A DNA stretch of 63,206 nucleotides, filler included, from Octopus bimaculoides (taxonomy: Eukaryota): the NCBI RefSeq assembly GCF_001194135.2. It is 7 parts of 5 records of this genome, joined end to end, with 100 filler letters (N's around TTAATTAATTAA, not from the genome) between each part and the next. Parts side by side here need not be neighbours in the genome. Positions count along the whole stretch, not along the records: positions 7,827 to 26,872 come from NC_069006.1; positions 26,973 to 29,784 come from NC_068982.1; positions 29,885 to 50,351 come from NC_068983.1; 4 more parts are not named here. One strand, written 5' to 3'. The first letter of the stretch is position 1, and every line of letters begins with the position of its first letter. Below the pieces are notes generated by a model that had not been told where the DNA came from, ran no database searches, and saw only the letters and a program-made list of their open reading frames with translations. The position numbers and the translations under genes are program-made. Positions 23,452 through 38,174 of this stretch are shown here, in pieces.

Positions 23452-26400
23452 CGCACGCACACGTACACACACACACACACATGCGCAGGAGTGCCCGTGT
23501 GGTAAGAAACTTACTTCCAAATTAGAATATTCCGGGTTTAGTTCCACTACGTGGCACCATGGTCAAGTGTCCTCTGCTACAGCCCTGGGCCAACGAAAGA
23601 AACTGAAAGAAACACGTCGTTTATATAAATGTGTGTGTGTGTGTGTGTGTGTGTCTATATAGCTGTATATGTGTGTGCGTGTGTAAGGATGTATGTATGT
23701 ATGTATGTATACACAGATATGGGATGGGATTTATGGCCAGAACTCTAGATATTATATCGATACATCTCAGAATCGGTGGGAAATATATTTTATGAGTAAC
23801 AACAATAGCCACAAAAGGTGCAGCAGCAGCAATTAAAGCAATATGATTATAAGCATTATCATCAGTAGCAGTGACAGCAGTAGCGGCCAGCAGCAGCAGC
23901 AGGAGCTGTAGCGGTCCCATTATCATCATCATCATAATTTACATGAACAGCAATAACAGAGGTACTTATAATCAGAGTTGAATATTAACAGCAGCAGCCA
24001 CACAGGCAACAGCTGCAGTGGTAGTGGTGGTAGCAGTAGTAGGTGCTGTAGCACACGGTCTGCTAATGGTAGCAGTGTGAGGACTCTAACTGCTGCTACA
24101 GGTTAGTACGGTGAATATCTTAGTCAATAGACGGGGACCTGGCAAAGTGAAACTCGGATCAGATAGACCAGCGGAAGACGAGACAAAGCGATCAATATTA
24201 CTTCCTCTTCTACTCCTCCTCCTCTCCCTCTCTCCTTCTCTCTCTCTTGTTCTCTCATACACAACAACTCCATCACAAAGTATTAACGGTATCACTCAGT
24301 CACTGGACTGCGGCCGTGCTGGTGTCCCTATAATCGTTCATTTAAGCTAAGGACATATTTTTATCGAACTCCGTTTGTTGTCTGGCTAAGTTTATTTAAA
24401 ATTATATTTTCAAGCTTACGTATTTGTCTTGCAAGATTTTTGATATGAAATCGTGTGTTGAAACAAATATTGTTATACTTTGGGACGGTCATATTTTTAA
24501 CATATAGTTAAACACACGCACCATATATTTGGTCCTCACTTCAGCTTTATTGCTATTATTATTGTTTTAGTTTCTTTATCAAATCTCTTTCATCACACGT
24601 CCTGTGACCTTATCAGCGACTCTCTATCCCACGTAAACATGAGCATGGATACAAAGGCAAGCAGACGCACCACTTGCACACATAGACACAGAAACATACA
24701 CATACATATATATGTACGGTATAGCTTCTATAAAGATGTATATGTATATATGTTTGGTAAATATGTATGTATGGTATAGCTTCTATAAAGATAAGTTGCT
24801 GTTAAATTTCTCAATCTCTGTAGAATCTAACTCGATCAAATATGGGATCGATTAATATACATGTCTACTACAACGCAGAATTCGGTAATTTATCCGAAAC
24901 GTATGTGAGCTGATCAAAAATATAATTGTCCATTCTTTTGTGTGTGTGTGTGCGTGCGTGCGTGCGTGTCTGTTTGTGTACATAATTATATATATATATA
25001 NNNNNNNNNNNNNNNNNNNNNNNNNNNGTCAACTCAAAGTAATTTGGTAGTACCTTATTTGCTGATGAAGGCTCCACACAGAATCGTCTGTCCTGCTTTC
25101 TTTCACACGGCATACTAATTTATATTGCGGCAAAGTAGGCTGTGAGCGCAGGCATGCTTCACGACTATATACCTTTGGATTCAGTCCCCCTGCGCAGCAC
25201 CTTGCACAAATAACTTCTACTATAGCTTCGGGCTCACCAATGTCTTGTGAATAGAATCCAGTCTTGCCTGTGTATATGTGCGTTGTGGGTATTGTTCTGT
25301 CTTTGTGTCACACAGGTACACGAACTGAGTGGCAGTTGGTGTTAGTTTGTTTACGTTCCCGTAACTTAGCGGTTTGGTGAAGGAGAACCAATAGAATAAT
25401 AACCAGGCTTCAAATGATAATAAGTACTGGGGTTGATTTGTCCGACTAAACCTGTCAAAGCAGTGCTTCTGTATGGTTACAATCAAATGACCGAAAGAAG
25501 TGGAGTTAAAAGAAAACTTCAGATCAGGCATTCTTGGTAATGAACTGCGCTGAATAGACAACTAAAAATCTGTTTGGCGAAAGGAGGATTGTCTAAAGCT
25601 TCGTCCAATAAGCTATGTTGTTTGTATTTGTTACTTCTACCAGGAAAATCGTCAGTTATACTGTTTGCACCTATAATTTAGTTTCAGTCGAAATATGTTC
25701 CACATCGATGAAGGATCCACACAGAACTGTCAGTCTTGCTCTGTTCCATACGGCAAGCTAATTTATACTCCAGTGAAATAAACAGTAAGACCCATGGCTA
25801 ATAGTAACTGACAACAATGGCGATTTATTAATGAGAATAAACAATTTAAATATGCTTGTTTGGTGGAAGAAAAAACGTCAAAATATCTTACTCGCTGATG
25901 AAAGGTCCACACAGAACCGTCTTTTCCACAAGGCATACTAACTCAAATTTAAGTAAAGTAACTAGTAAGGTCGATGGGTACCAGTTTATGGAGTACACTT
26001 ACAATTTGCTTAGTGAGTTTACCCAACTCAAAATCGTTATGCTAAGTGGAAGAGGAAATGGTTAAATGTTTCGATGATTACATCAAAGGTCTAAGCGACT
26101 GTAGAATATATAGTGTTTTTTACATGATCTGTGCCATATATTCTCAGAAGACCAGCCATATTAAAGAGTCAAACTAATTCTTCTTGAGGATTATATTAAA
26201 AACACATACACGTACACGAGTGCCTGTGTGGAATACTCAGCCACTTTTCTATTCTACTTTAGGCACAAGGACCGAAAATATTGGGGAGGAGACCAGTCGA
26301 TTAGATCGATCCCAGTACGCAACTGGTACTTAATTTATCGACCCCGAAAGGATGAAAAGCAAAGTCGACCTCGGCGGAACTCAGCCACTTTTGGGAAAAT

Positions 26401-28629
26401 AATGGATGGAAGATACAAGTGTAGTTCAAAGAACAAGGGCTTGTCACCAAACTGCCTCCAAGACATTTCTGAGTATTATCATAGGGATTATAGACCTCTT
26501 TACTCAATTGCTTGCCACATAAGGGAAAGAGGAACAGAATTAGCTGTGTGTGTACACACACACATGTATGTTTATATGTGTGTGTGTGTGTACTTACACT
26601 TACAAAGGGAGAGAGAGGAGGGAGAAAGAGAGAAACATAGAAATACAGTGCTGTTTATATACGCATACATATATTATATGCGTACGTATGTGTACGCATT
26701 TATGCATGCATACATAAATATACATATGTATATTTAAAGTTATATATGCATGTATATATGTGTGTGTAAATGTAAATTTATGTGTATATGTGTATATAAG
26801 TCATTGCATATGTATGCTTACATACGCAAGCGTATGTGTGTATGTGTATATTACATACACACATCCATGAAANNNNNNNNNNNNNNNNNNNNNNNNNNNN
26901 NNNNNNNNNNNNNNNNTTAATTAATTAANNNNNNNNNNNNNNNNNNNNNNNNNNNNNNNNNNNNNNNNNNNNTAGCACAGGGAAGACTTGTTAGACACGC
27001 CCAAAATTCTCCTTGTGAAATTCTTATGTGACTAGACGCACTCACTTGGGTGTATGCATCGAAAGTTCAACCAACAACCCAACGGGAATTCTCTTAATTC
27101 AAAAGACCTTGTCACTTTGTTAGCGACCGACTTGAACGCTCTCAAGAAGAACTTAAATAAATAAGAATCAATGGAAATACATACATACACAAGCACTCAT
27201 ACACACACACGCGCGCAGAAACTTTACATTCTGAATTGAAATTCCGCCGAGGTCGACTTTGCCTTTCATCCTTTCAGGATCGATGAATTAAGTATCAGTT
27301 GTGTACTGGAGTCGATCTAATCGACTGCCCCTTCCTCCCCAAAAATTTCGGGCCTTATACCTAGAGTAGATAAGAAACCGACCTTATGGGGCTATAGTCC
27401 GGGAAGGTTCTTTTATTCTTTCTAGATGTACGGATGCATGTACATGCATGCCTACATATGAATATATATGTATCAATATATGAGTATGTGTGTATGTATG
27501 TCATTATCCAGTTTATTTCAAGATTTCTTGCCAGTAGAGAAAAAGCCGGTTTCTAACATAGATCCAAGGCTCCTTCTTTGGAATTTCAACAACTCCAACA
27601 AAGTATTTTTGTATGTATTTACGTATGTATGTATATGCGCAGATTTGTATGTCTTGTTTTATGTATGTAATCTTATGCATATAACTACATATCTAGACAT
27701 GCTTATATATAAGTTAAATTATAAACTTCTGGAAAGTGTTAAATTCTCTTAGGGTTCCACCAATGGATTGGATCTGTAGTCTTCGAATCTGCTTTCTCCT
27801 TTTTGTTTTGAGGAGCCTAATTTCACAAGATTGGTATTTGGGTATGCACGTATGTATGTATGTATGTATCTTTCTCTTTCTCTCACTCTCTCACTCTCTC
27901 TTATATATATATATATATATATATATATNNNNNNNNNNNNNNNNNNNNNNNNNNNNNNNNNNNNNNNNNNNNNNNNNNNNNNNNNNNNNNNNNNNNNNNN
28001 NNNNNNNNNNNNNNNNNNNNNNNNNNNNNNNNNNNNNNNNNNNNNNNNNNNNNNNNNNNNNNNNNNNNNNNNNNNNNNNNNNNNNNNNNNNNNNNNNNNN
28101 NNNNNNNNNNNNNNNNNNNNNNNNNNNNNNNNNNNNNNNNNNNNNNNNNNNNNNNNNNNNNNNNNNNNNNNNNNNNNNNNNNNNNNNNNNNNNNNNNNNN
28201 NNNNNNNNNNNNNNNNNNNNNNNNNNNNNNNNNNNNNNNNNNNNNNNNNNNNNNNNNNNNNNNNNNNNNNNNNNNNNNNNNNNNNNNNNNNNNNNNNNNN
28301 NNNNNNNNNNNNNNNNNNNNNNNNNNNNNNNNNNNNNNNNNNNNNNNNNNNNNNNNNNNNNNNNNNNNNNNNNNNNNNNNNNNNNNNNNNNNNNNNNNNN
28401 NNNNNNNNNNNNNNNNNNNNNNNNNNNNNNNNNNNNNNNNNNNNNNNNNNNNNNNNNNNNNNNNNNNNNNNNNNNNNNNNNNNNNNNNNNNNNNNNNNNN
28501 NNNNNNNNNNNNNNNNNNNNNNNNNNNNNNNNNNNNNNNNNTGTAATGGGTAAATTGTCGCCATTTTCTACTTTTGATTTCGCGCATATGCATTGCTGGT
28601 TTTTGATTTTGTTGACTACACCGTAGGCT

Positions 28630-29550
28630 CAGTTGCACACCGTCTGTGAGAAAAAACAACATCACGACGCGATTCATTCTGCCAGAAATTTGGAAATGAC
28701 ATGCTGTACTGTTTGGCATTCGTGCCGGAAGCTCCAATGCGAACATTTCAGAGTGTTTGGATGTCAATCGGAGCATAGTGCAGAGGATTCGGAAAGAGTT
28801 GGGTGAGTTTAATGATGTTTACAAAGGTACGGCAGCTCGCAAAACTCGCTCCGATCGTTCCGATAAGAAAAGTACTTCTGGATTTGTTCGTGAAATCTAG
28901 GCCATGATTGACAACGATTCTTCCAAGTCAATCAGGTCTATTGCCAGGGACATAGGAGTGTCTGAGTTTCTTATCAGACAGGTAGAAAATGTAGACATTC
29001 AGTATTCCTTACATAAAAAGAAAACAGGTCAATTTCTATTCCAAGCCATCAAATGCAAGAGGGAAGACCGTGCTACGAAGCTTTTGAACAAACTCAAGCA
29101 TCCCCACCAATCGAACATGATTTGGTTTTTCTCAGACGAGAAATATTTCTACCAGGAGCAGATGGTGAACATACAGAACAAATGATGGCTTGCCGTGTTA
29201 CCAAACCATGTACCGAGAGTGTTAAAAATCAAACATCCAGTCAACATCATGGTGTTTGGAGTGATCACTAGCGATGGCGATGTTATGCCTCCAGTCATCT
29301 TCCCACACGGCTTCAGACTCAACACAGAGGCCTACATCAAGTGCCTGGAGGAGGTAGTGCTACCCTGGTTCAAAAGGGTGGCTTCTTGGAGACCCTAATT
29401 CTAGCAACTGGACTCTGCAACATGCCGCAGAAGCAGGGGAACCCAGTCATGGCTGTCAAACAATTTCTGCGACCACATCGCCCCTAACATCTGGTCACCT
29501 AACTCCCCAGACTGTAATCCCCTTGATTATTATGAGTGAGGTGCAGTTGA
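28630..29550 (+). mobile_element. Decayed Tc1/mariner-superfamily transposase, DD37D (maT-like)
   Basis: HTH region (MIDNDSSKSIRSIARDIGVSEFLIRQ), first D in WFFSDEK, then KHPVNIMVFGVITSDG. From D at 29411 to D at 29525 in WSPNSPDCNPLDYY there are 37 intervening codons. Stops and frameshifts are present. Confidence 0.9.
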
Positions 29551-30589
29551 TACAATATGTGCGTGTACAACGGTGGTGAGCAGGCACAATCGTTAGGACG
29601 CTAGGCAAAATGCTAAGCAGCATTTCGTCCATCCTTACGGCCTGAGTTCCAATTTCGCCGAGGTTAAATTTGCCTTTCATCCTTTTGGGGTCGATAAAAT
29701 AAATACCAGTTGAGTACTGTGGTCGATGTAACCGACTTTCCCCCACACTCGAAATTGCTGACGTTGGGCCAAATTTTGAAACCANNNNNNNNNNNNNNNN
29801 NNNNNNNNNNNNNNNNNNNNNNNNNNNNTTAATTAATTAANNNNNNNNNNNNNNNNNNNNNNNNNNNNNNNNNNNNNNNNNNNNTATTTCTAAAATTTCT
29901 TCTTATTAGAAGTTACAAAGATCCCTTCATGGGGACTTCACACCCACAATTTAGTCATTTTTCCTAAGCAAAGACAAATACAGTTGTACTATTGGAAGTT
30001 ACAGGGTCACCCGAACATAACAAATGAGCATTATTTGTAATTCAACAGTACAACAGTGTAAGACTATCCTTTCAGATATACTTACATTGTGATTTCTGCA
30101 ATCTGGTGCATAAATTGTCAAGTAAATGAGACGCATCTTTGCCTCCACTGATTCACTTGCAAAGTGTTGAGTAAAATTATTTTGTTGCAGACCTCCTTTG
30201 AGTATTTTTGTCATCACTGGGTCACACATAGTCCCCAATTGGTAACATTGATTTCAAGGCCTTCCCAGATGAGTGACTGGTTGTTCTAAGACATTTATGA
30301 ATTGTAAATTTTTTCTGCACAGTTACCTATCGGTATAGTGGTCATTTGCAAACTCCATAGGTGACACTTTTATTTCCCTTTACTCCAAACTCACACGTTA
30401 TTTCAATTAGGTCATACCCTTCCAATTGCTATACATCCGTAATGTATCTTACAGCTGTGCCTGTCACCTGTATGGTGAGGAATCCTACATTGGGGAGTAG
30501 TAACAACTACGCTAGGGTAGCTGACTGATTATCGTGATCATTCATCTTTTGGTTTCCTGTAGCTTTGCTCTCTTTTACAAACCCAGTGA

Positions 30590-31385
30590 ACATACATATA
30601 TTTCCTATTTCAAAGAAATTCAAACGAGACATATTAGACCCAAGTTAAAAAAATTCCCAACAATTCAACTTCTCTGGTTGACATTAATACACCCAGCCCA
30701 ATCGGGGCCTTAACTCCCACATTTTTCAGGAGCAAAATCCTTTTTACAGGGTCCATAACACTGGAATTTTGGAATGTGCGCATAAATATCACATATATAA
30801 AGATGATAATGTGTATCTGTGTGAATCCCTAAAACTTGAGAACTACACAACCAATTTCATTCCAAACAAACACATGCCTTACTTAGGGTCCATGTAGTGT
30901 CTTAGACCAAAAAGATGTTTAACTTCTTGCATAGTTTGAGCCCACAGCAATATTATATCTCCTCCACTATTTCAGTATTACGTGTCAAAAGTGAAACAAT
31001 AACATCACTCTACTGTAATGTCAGATACTTTCACTTTAATACTGAAACTATTCCACTATTTCAGTATTACGTGTCAAAAGTGAAACAATAACATGTCGCT
31101 ACTGTAATTTCAAATACTTTCACTTTAATACTTTCAATTTTATACTGAAACTATTAAAGTGAGACTATACACTCACATATATACAGGCATACTATAAGAC
31201 CCAAGTTAAAAACATTCCCAACAATTCAACTTTTCTGGTTGATATTAACACATCCACCTCCAATTGGGACCTTCATTCCCACATTTTAGAGCTCCATGAA
31301 CTCCATTTTTCAGGAGCAAAATCCTTTTTACAGGTTTCAGAAGACTGAAATTTTGGAATATGCGCATAACGCCGGGTATCTCTGC

Positions 31386-31390
<5 letters not shown>
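30590..31390 (+). mobile_element. Non-autonomous Helitron-like repeat with internal duplications
   Basis: Duplicated blocks: gacccaagttaaaa at ~30637 and ~31198, ccactatttcagtattacgtgtc at ~30965 and ~31053, ttttcaggagcaaaatcc at ~30722 and ~31307. The end cataacgccgggtatctctgcttgt resembles the Helitron ends at 42682-42708 and 50274-50302. Confidence 0.5.
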
Positions 31391-31425
<35 letters not shown>

Positions 31426-31493
31426 TATATATTTATTGTGTCAAATTTGTGTGAATGTGTATAGAATAATAAATCAGTTGAATAAAATTAAAG

Positions 31494-31620
31494 CATACCA
31501 TAAAAACCCATGTAATTTGCACACCTGTGTAATTTACGCAAATGGTTTTCAGGATAAAGACTGTTAAAAAACGCTTCTACTCGTGTAAAATTCGCATCCA
31601 AAAGTTTTCAGAATTGCCAG
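31494..31620 (+). mobile_element. Pogo/Tigger-type terminal region; partner TIR not found
   Basis: taccataaaaacccatgtaatttgcacacctgtgtaatttacgca has the repeated subterminal motif seen in pogo-like TIRs. Confidence 0.4.
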
Positions 31621-33021
31621 GGGGAAAAGATATTCAATTTAGTTGTATTTAACATAATTTTACTTACTTAAAATTAGATTTTATTAAATTTTCATTAAAT
31701 AAAAATAATTTCTGTTTAACAAGTATCACAATTGAAAGCTATTAAATTACGAAGTCCTTGTGTTGTTTATAATAAACTTTATTTTATATTTCTTGCCCAC
31801 AAGAGATTATGTCCAATCTTTAGCATACTTCTGTATGTCTTCTCAAATCCCGATCACAGGAAAAGTTGTATAACTCTTATCAACAAAAACAAAGCTGATA
31901 AATACGCACAAGCATTGCAAAATAAGTTTAATTGCTAATAAACATAAGCTTGGATGACACTTTACTCAACCAACAGAAGAAGGTGACCAATCAAACTGAT
32001 TATGTAAACAGAATTCTGATTGGTTGAAAGTGTCTTCTCGTCTCAAAGTCTGATTATGTGCCTATTCTTTTCGGAACCTTTGATACGGAGTATCAAAATT
32101 TTAATCCCTTTCACACTTATAAAATGTCAAGCAAACTTTAAAATTTGTCGTTAATGTTTTAGCCGGGAGACCAAACTGATAGTTTGGTAATGCACTAAAA
32201 TAGACATTAAAAATGGAAAGGAGAAAATAAACAGCTTTGCAAGTTTAACTCAGTGTTCATTGAACAAGAGAAGTGTGAAATTTAAGAAGCAACTTGTTAG
32301 AATATACATTTCTATGAGGAGACATAAACAAGAATAGCAAAAATCTACTATACCAAAAGAACTGGTAATACGTATGTATTACCAATTACAAGTGTTCTAT
32401 GAAGAGAACATAAGATTGTTGCATAATTCAACATGAATGTGAAATGACATTAAACATCGTATAAGGTAAATGAAGGTTTCTGTAGGATGGCTAAGTCATA
32501 TTCATTTAGTGGGTTTACATTGTTCTAATGCAGAGAAAGTGAGCAATAGCTTCCTGGAGGCAAGCGCAAGCTAGACTTCTTAAGCAGAGAACAACAGATC
32601 TATTTAAGGCAATTGCTGGACTCCACTGCAATAGGTAGAAACTCCAGGCAATGTAAAATATGGCCCAGACCATGATTACCAGCATAAATGTCAAACTTCA
32701 AAAAGTAGTTAACCATTTAATGATTTTAGTAAATTTATACAGAAAAAGTAAGCATTATGCTGTCCAGCATAAATAAATGTCAACTTCATTATATTTTTTA
32801 GATGTTGTGGACTAAAGTAATATTGATACAAGCAACACGTCTTAAAAAGAAAGGAAAGTAAAACACAATGAAAAGAGTATAAATACCGTTTCGTGAACTT
32901 GCAGTATTTATTATACTATACATAATAAAACATAGCATTATAGGTATAAATGATAAGACTCGTGAATTTTCATCACTGTCCTTTTGCAGGTTTCTCAGCT
33001 TTGATATTACTTCTTTACAAA

Positions 33022-34753
33022 TCACCGAGCTTCACTGACACTTGACACGAGTTTGCTTTGATGTGGCAAGAAAAGTACTGAGGTTTCATTTTCATCCAAT
33101 ACCTTCCGTATTTTTTCACGGAACAGGGCATCTTTATTAACCTCATCATCAGTGCTGATTCCTCCAAGAGAGATAGAGCTTCCCGTCATCATGTTTGGTC
33201 GACTGTGCTTTGGCTCCTGCAAAACCTCCATGGGGATTTATCCAGATGGGTCAATCACTCCAAAAAGATTCCCAGATGGCTTGCTTTCATCTTCCAACTC
33301 ACTTTCAACAACTTTTTGTCATCGTCTCCAGATGAAACACTCGTATTGACAGACTAACAAAGTGCATGATTCAGTCTGACACTTTATAATCTTCAGAGCC
33401 ATCAAAAGCATTGGTGGCCCATGTCAACTTGAAAGCAACTTTGACATCAATCTTGCAATCAGCATGTGCTTGATGTAGCATCTGCATCATCTTGGATCAA
33501 TTGGGCATGGGTGTTTTATTTGGAGTTTGAACCAACTTTTCTAGCATCTTTGCTTTCTCTATTTCGTGATATTTTGCTTTCAGTTGTTTATGTAAGTGCG
33601 TGTCATTAGCTTGAACAAATCTAGTGATACCACCACTGATGATGACTAGCATATAACTCTTTTTCCAGAGGGCTCTCACCTCCAACATCAAATGCACCAT
33701 GTAATCATCGAGCTCATAAATGGCAAAGTTTGCATGTAAAAACATACTGAATTGGTTTGAAAGGTTTTCAATAGTACACAGCAGCTGTTCTAATTTATAA
33801 GAACCTTTAGGAGACCATTGATATTTCATTGTAGGCAGGGCATTCTATAGTGGTGGTCTTTTTCCAGTTCCTTTAAATAGAAACTCTGCGATAGATTGAT
33901 TTTGGTATCATTGCTAACCTAGGTGAACACTGTGATACATTCCCTAGACAAATGGTGGTTTTCTTTGACGACGTGTCTTTACTTCTGAATGATAAGGTAG
34001 CTTGTCAACTACTTTCATTCCAGTGCAAGGATATTTGATCTCCATTGATAATTAGTAGGATCTACACCAAATTTATCACGGAAATAACGACGCATATTCC
34101 ATATGTTCTTCAAACAATCTTGAATGCGCTCAACACATTGCTCTTTGGAAATTGAAATGCATTTGTTTGGAAATTTCAGTGATACTCCGTATTCTTTTTA
34201 CCAACATCCAGCTTTTTGAAGACCAAAGCTTTTCCTCAGTTGGTGTGTCTGGGTATTGGCAAATCCACTCCTCATAAAATTTCTCAGCTTGTAATAGGAA
34301 AAGAGCTTGTGGTAATCTTGCATGCAGCAATGTTCTAACATCTACAAACCATTCAAACAAGACGTCTCTCACACCTGGTGCTTTTGTTTTATGAACTCCT
34401 CCAGTGACTCTAAAATGTTTCTTTGGATTTTTTTTAGTGGTTAAGTTCGCCTTTCAAATATTTTTCATAGCAGCATTTGGTTACTTTAACAGCAGAATCA
34501 AATAGTCGATCAAAGTTTTTGAGACCTGCCAAATTCGAGTAAAACAAACAAACTGCTTTGGCATGATATCCCTGTTTCGGGGTGTCTGAGACATGGCATT
34601 TCCTTTTAGCATCCCAGTGAGTTTCCCTTTCATTCGCTCTTATTCAGAATCATACTACTCTTTGCATTTGTTCACCACGATAGCAAATGTTTGCTTTTCT
34701 TCTATAGAATAATTTCTATATGTCGCACCACAAAATACTCTTTTTTCTGCCAT
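33022..34753 (-). mobile_element. Decayed pogo/Tigger-like transposase (CENP-B HTH plus DDE_1)
   Basis: MAEKRVFCGATYRNYSIEEK; RDVLFEWFVDVRTLLHARLP; MKYQWSPKGSY...ELDDY.VHL...ISGGITRFVQANDTHLHKQLKAKY. Several frameshifts and stops. Confidence 0.85.
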
Positions 34754-36326
34754 GATGTTATGAAAGAAGTTCAAAGAGAAACTACTTGAGTTGTGTTGAT
34801 GTTGTTAAATCCTTATTCCGTAAAAAGCTTGTCCTGTAAGGATAAGCAGTTTGTTATCGAAGTTCTTAGTTTGCATGGAATTTGTTTTGGTGATTGGTAG
34901 AGAAATTGAAAATGAAGATTTGTTGACTACAGTGTGGAGTAGCAGTAAACTCATGTGTATGTTACAGACTGGGGCATTTGTCCAACCTCAAATTTTTATA
35001 AACTCTGGCTGGTTGTAAAGCATATTTTCTGACAATAATTTCCTTGTTTTCTATGCAGGTGTGTGGTGTCTCGATGGTTACCAATGCTCTAAAATGTTGA
35101 CAGCTCACCCACATGAATGTTGGCTACCTATACTGTAGATAAATATTTTTCTTCCATGTGTTATGAAAACAAATAGGACACTCCAGGTTTTCTTCCCATT
35201 CCTGTCATTTTTTTTTTTTTTTTTTTNNNNNNNNNNTTTTTTTTTTTTTTGTTTTGGCCATGCTGATTCACAACTTGTGTCAGTCAAAATAATAATGAAT
35301 TCTCTAGAGTTTGTTTGTTTTGTACTAGTAATGGGAGTCAGTTTCATTGACTTTCCCCTTCCCTTTAAATTTCTGGCCTTGTGCCTAAGCATTGGGCAAC
35401 GTGCCTTGCAGCATAGAGTTATGGCCCATTATGTTCTGAGTTCAATCCCGCTGAGGTTAGCTTTACCTTTCATCCCAATGGCGTCTATAAAATAAAGCAC
35501 CAATAACGTACTTGGCAGCTTTAATCCACTTGTCCCTCCCCACAAATTGTTGGCCTTGTGCCTAAATAAGAAATCATTATTTAAAATTGTCTAGGCTGTC
35601 ACCCTTCATTGTTTTTTTTAAAACCAGAACTAGTTATTTAGCTTATATATCCTATTTATTTTATAACAAATGGTATTACTAGTAATGTTCTTTTTTTGTC
35701 TTATACATATGTTTTTAATGTAAAATAATATTATTATTAGATTCTCCAGTTGTTGATTCAATATGAATAGCGTACAATGAAATTTCACTGGAGATAGATT
35801 AGCAAAATTTAATAAGGGGGGAGGCTTGGAATAAAAGTGGGGGGTCTTAAAAATTAATAAGCAGGGTGGGAGAATAAAAGTGGGGAAGTGGAAAAAATTG
35901 GAAAAATTAATAGGTAGCAGTGGGGGACAAGACCCCAGCGTATACGAAGATACTGGAAACAACAAAATTGCATTGTCAATTATTTAGAGTATGTGAAATA
36001 TGAATGTAATTGACTTGAAAGAGTAATTAGCTGAAGGAGAATTTAATTAACCATAAATCCATAATAATATCAAGTAATAATTAATATAGTGTAAGAAGAA
36101 ATCCACAGGAAGACTTTTTTTTTTGATAAACACTCTAGGTCAATTCACTTTGTATTTTTTTTCAATACTTTGTTAGCAGAAGTGAGTACCCACAACATCT
36201 GCAGACACCCCCAGAAAATTGCAAGCAGAGAAGAAACTCATCTGGCCCAAATGCTGGCATGCAAATACCATATGGTCATGTTAAACTATGCAGTGTATTG
36301 GGACTACTACCCAATATTAAGCTTAA

Positions 36327-36375
36327 TCACTTGAGGAACTTATCAATGTTATACCTCTCCTTTTTAAGTTTATAC
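36327..36375 (-). other. Candidate terminal coding exon (YKLKKERYNIDKFLK*), unidentified
   Basis: Strong acceptor tactttactttctttcttag. One frame gives 15 codons then TGA. Confidence 0.2.
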
Positions 36376-36789
36376 CTAAGAAAGAAAGTAAAGTGTACAT
36401 GAAACTCAAACTATAATAATTACATTCACATTTAAAAAGTTATAAACTAGAAGTCTCATGTGATAATATTTACATTCTCTTAATTCTTTATTACTGTATT
36501 AAATCCACCCAATATTATGTCTTCCAGTCTAAAAAGATCTGAAAAATCCTATTTTCAGGTTAAGAGAAAAACAAATTATATTGCAACAACATTTATTAAC
36601 AATATCTTCTACCAAAGTTAAAGATAAATATTTTATAATAATCTCATTAGTTAGAAGGTTAAACTCAAATAAATGCTACCAAATTAAGGCAGTAATTGTG
36701 AAGGACATTTTCCTTATTTCTCATTCATTGGAGAACCAGTAAAGAAGTAAGGAAAAAGTCCAATTAGTTTATTTTACCAATTCAACCTA

Positions 36790-37830
36790 TAGACAGCTTT
36801 AGCCAAAGATTAGTTCTTAGCGCCCTCTTGTTCATGACAATCCTCTAGGATATAACAGATGAATTTAAGACAGACTGCCCTTGGGAGCTCCTCTATACTG
36901 ATGACCTTTTCCTCGATCACTACAAGAACTTGAGAAGAAATTTCAAGGTCAGGAATCAAAGACATATAAGAGGTGCAGCAGTATCAGAGGAAGGTTAACA
37001 GAGAGTAATTTTTGTGTATGGCAGATGTGCGAGTACAATAAACACTAGGAATGTACTGAAAATAGATTTAAGCAAATGCCTCAGGGAATACTTAGAAGTA
37101 ACAGATAGCTTCCATTACCAAGGTGATCAAGTCAGCAGTGGAGGAGGAGGCACTGAGACTGTAGCTGCTAGAATAAGAACAGGTTGGGCAAAATTCAGAG
37201 AGCTTCTACTTTCATTAGTAGATGAATGGTTTGTGAAAACCATGCACACTATGTGCAGAGATGCTATCACCAGGGTGAGGATTGTACATGAGTTCAGTGA
37301 GGAGTTTAACAGATAAGTAGGTGTCCATCAGGGCTCAGTTTTCAGACATATCATCATCGTCGTCGTCTTCAGAGTGAAAGGTAGATTGTATGAAGCTTGT
37401 GTGTGAACAGCCATGCTGCATGGCAGTGAAACATGAGTTCTGTCTGGAGAAGATATGCAAAGGCTTGAAAGAAAAGAAGCTAGCATGCTCCACTGGATGT
37501 GTAATGTCAGGGTGCACGTACAAGAGAGTGTAAGTGTCTTAAGAGAAAAATTGGGTACAAGAGGCATCAGATGCGTGTGCAAGAGAGAAGACTGCACTAG
37601 CATGGTCATGTGATAACATAAGGATGGGGACAGCTGTATAAAGAAGCGTCAATTTCTAATTGTGGAGGGAATCTATGGAAGAGGTAGACTTAGGAAAATG
37701 TAGGATGAGGTGGTGAAATATTATCTAGGTTGTTGAAGGCAATGACAAACAAGACAAGTGACCAAGAGTTCTGGTAATTTGCTGTGCTTGAAAAGACACA
37801 GTCAAACTACATGAAATCATGGTTGTAGTC
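36790..37830 (+). mobile_element. Rearranged RTE-clade LINE fragment
   Basis: LFM...CPWELLYTDDL; VAARIRTGWAKFRELL; VGVHQGSV; RVKGRLYEACV.TAMLHGSET; LERKEASMLHWMCNV. Confidence 0.88.
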
Positions 37831-38174
37831 ATTGCCGGTGACATGCAAAAGGCACCTGTGCTAGTGACACATAAAAGATACCCAGTACAATCTGTTAAGT
37901 GATTGGCATTAGGAAGAGCATCCAACTGTAGAAACTGAACCAAAACAGATGACTGGAGCTTAGTGCAGTTCTCCAACTTACCAGCTCCAAACTGTCCAAC
38001 CCATGCCAGCATAGAAAACAGATGTTAAATGATGATGATGATGATGTGTCTGAAAACTGAGCCCTGATGGACACCTACTTATCTGTTAAACTCTTCACTG
38101 AATTCATGTACAATCCTCACCCTGGTGATAGTATCTCTACACATAATGTGCATGGTTTTCACAAACCATTCATC

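Noticed and set aside
23800-24080. PolyQ/H/S-like tract suggesting a transcription-factor exon
   Set aside because: Stops interrupt the Q/H frame. It is best explained as mixed trinucleotide microsatellite.
36165-36190. Plus-strand ttag|cagaa|gtgagt microexon
   Set aside because: Its 5-nt length, the ambiguous tandem acceptor and conflict with the minus-strand candidates make chance likely.
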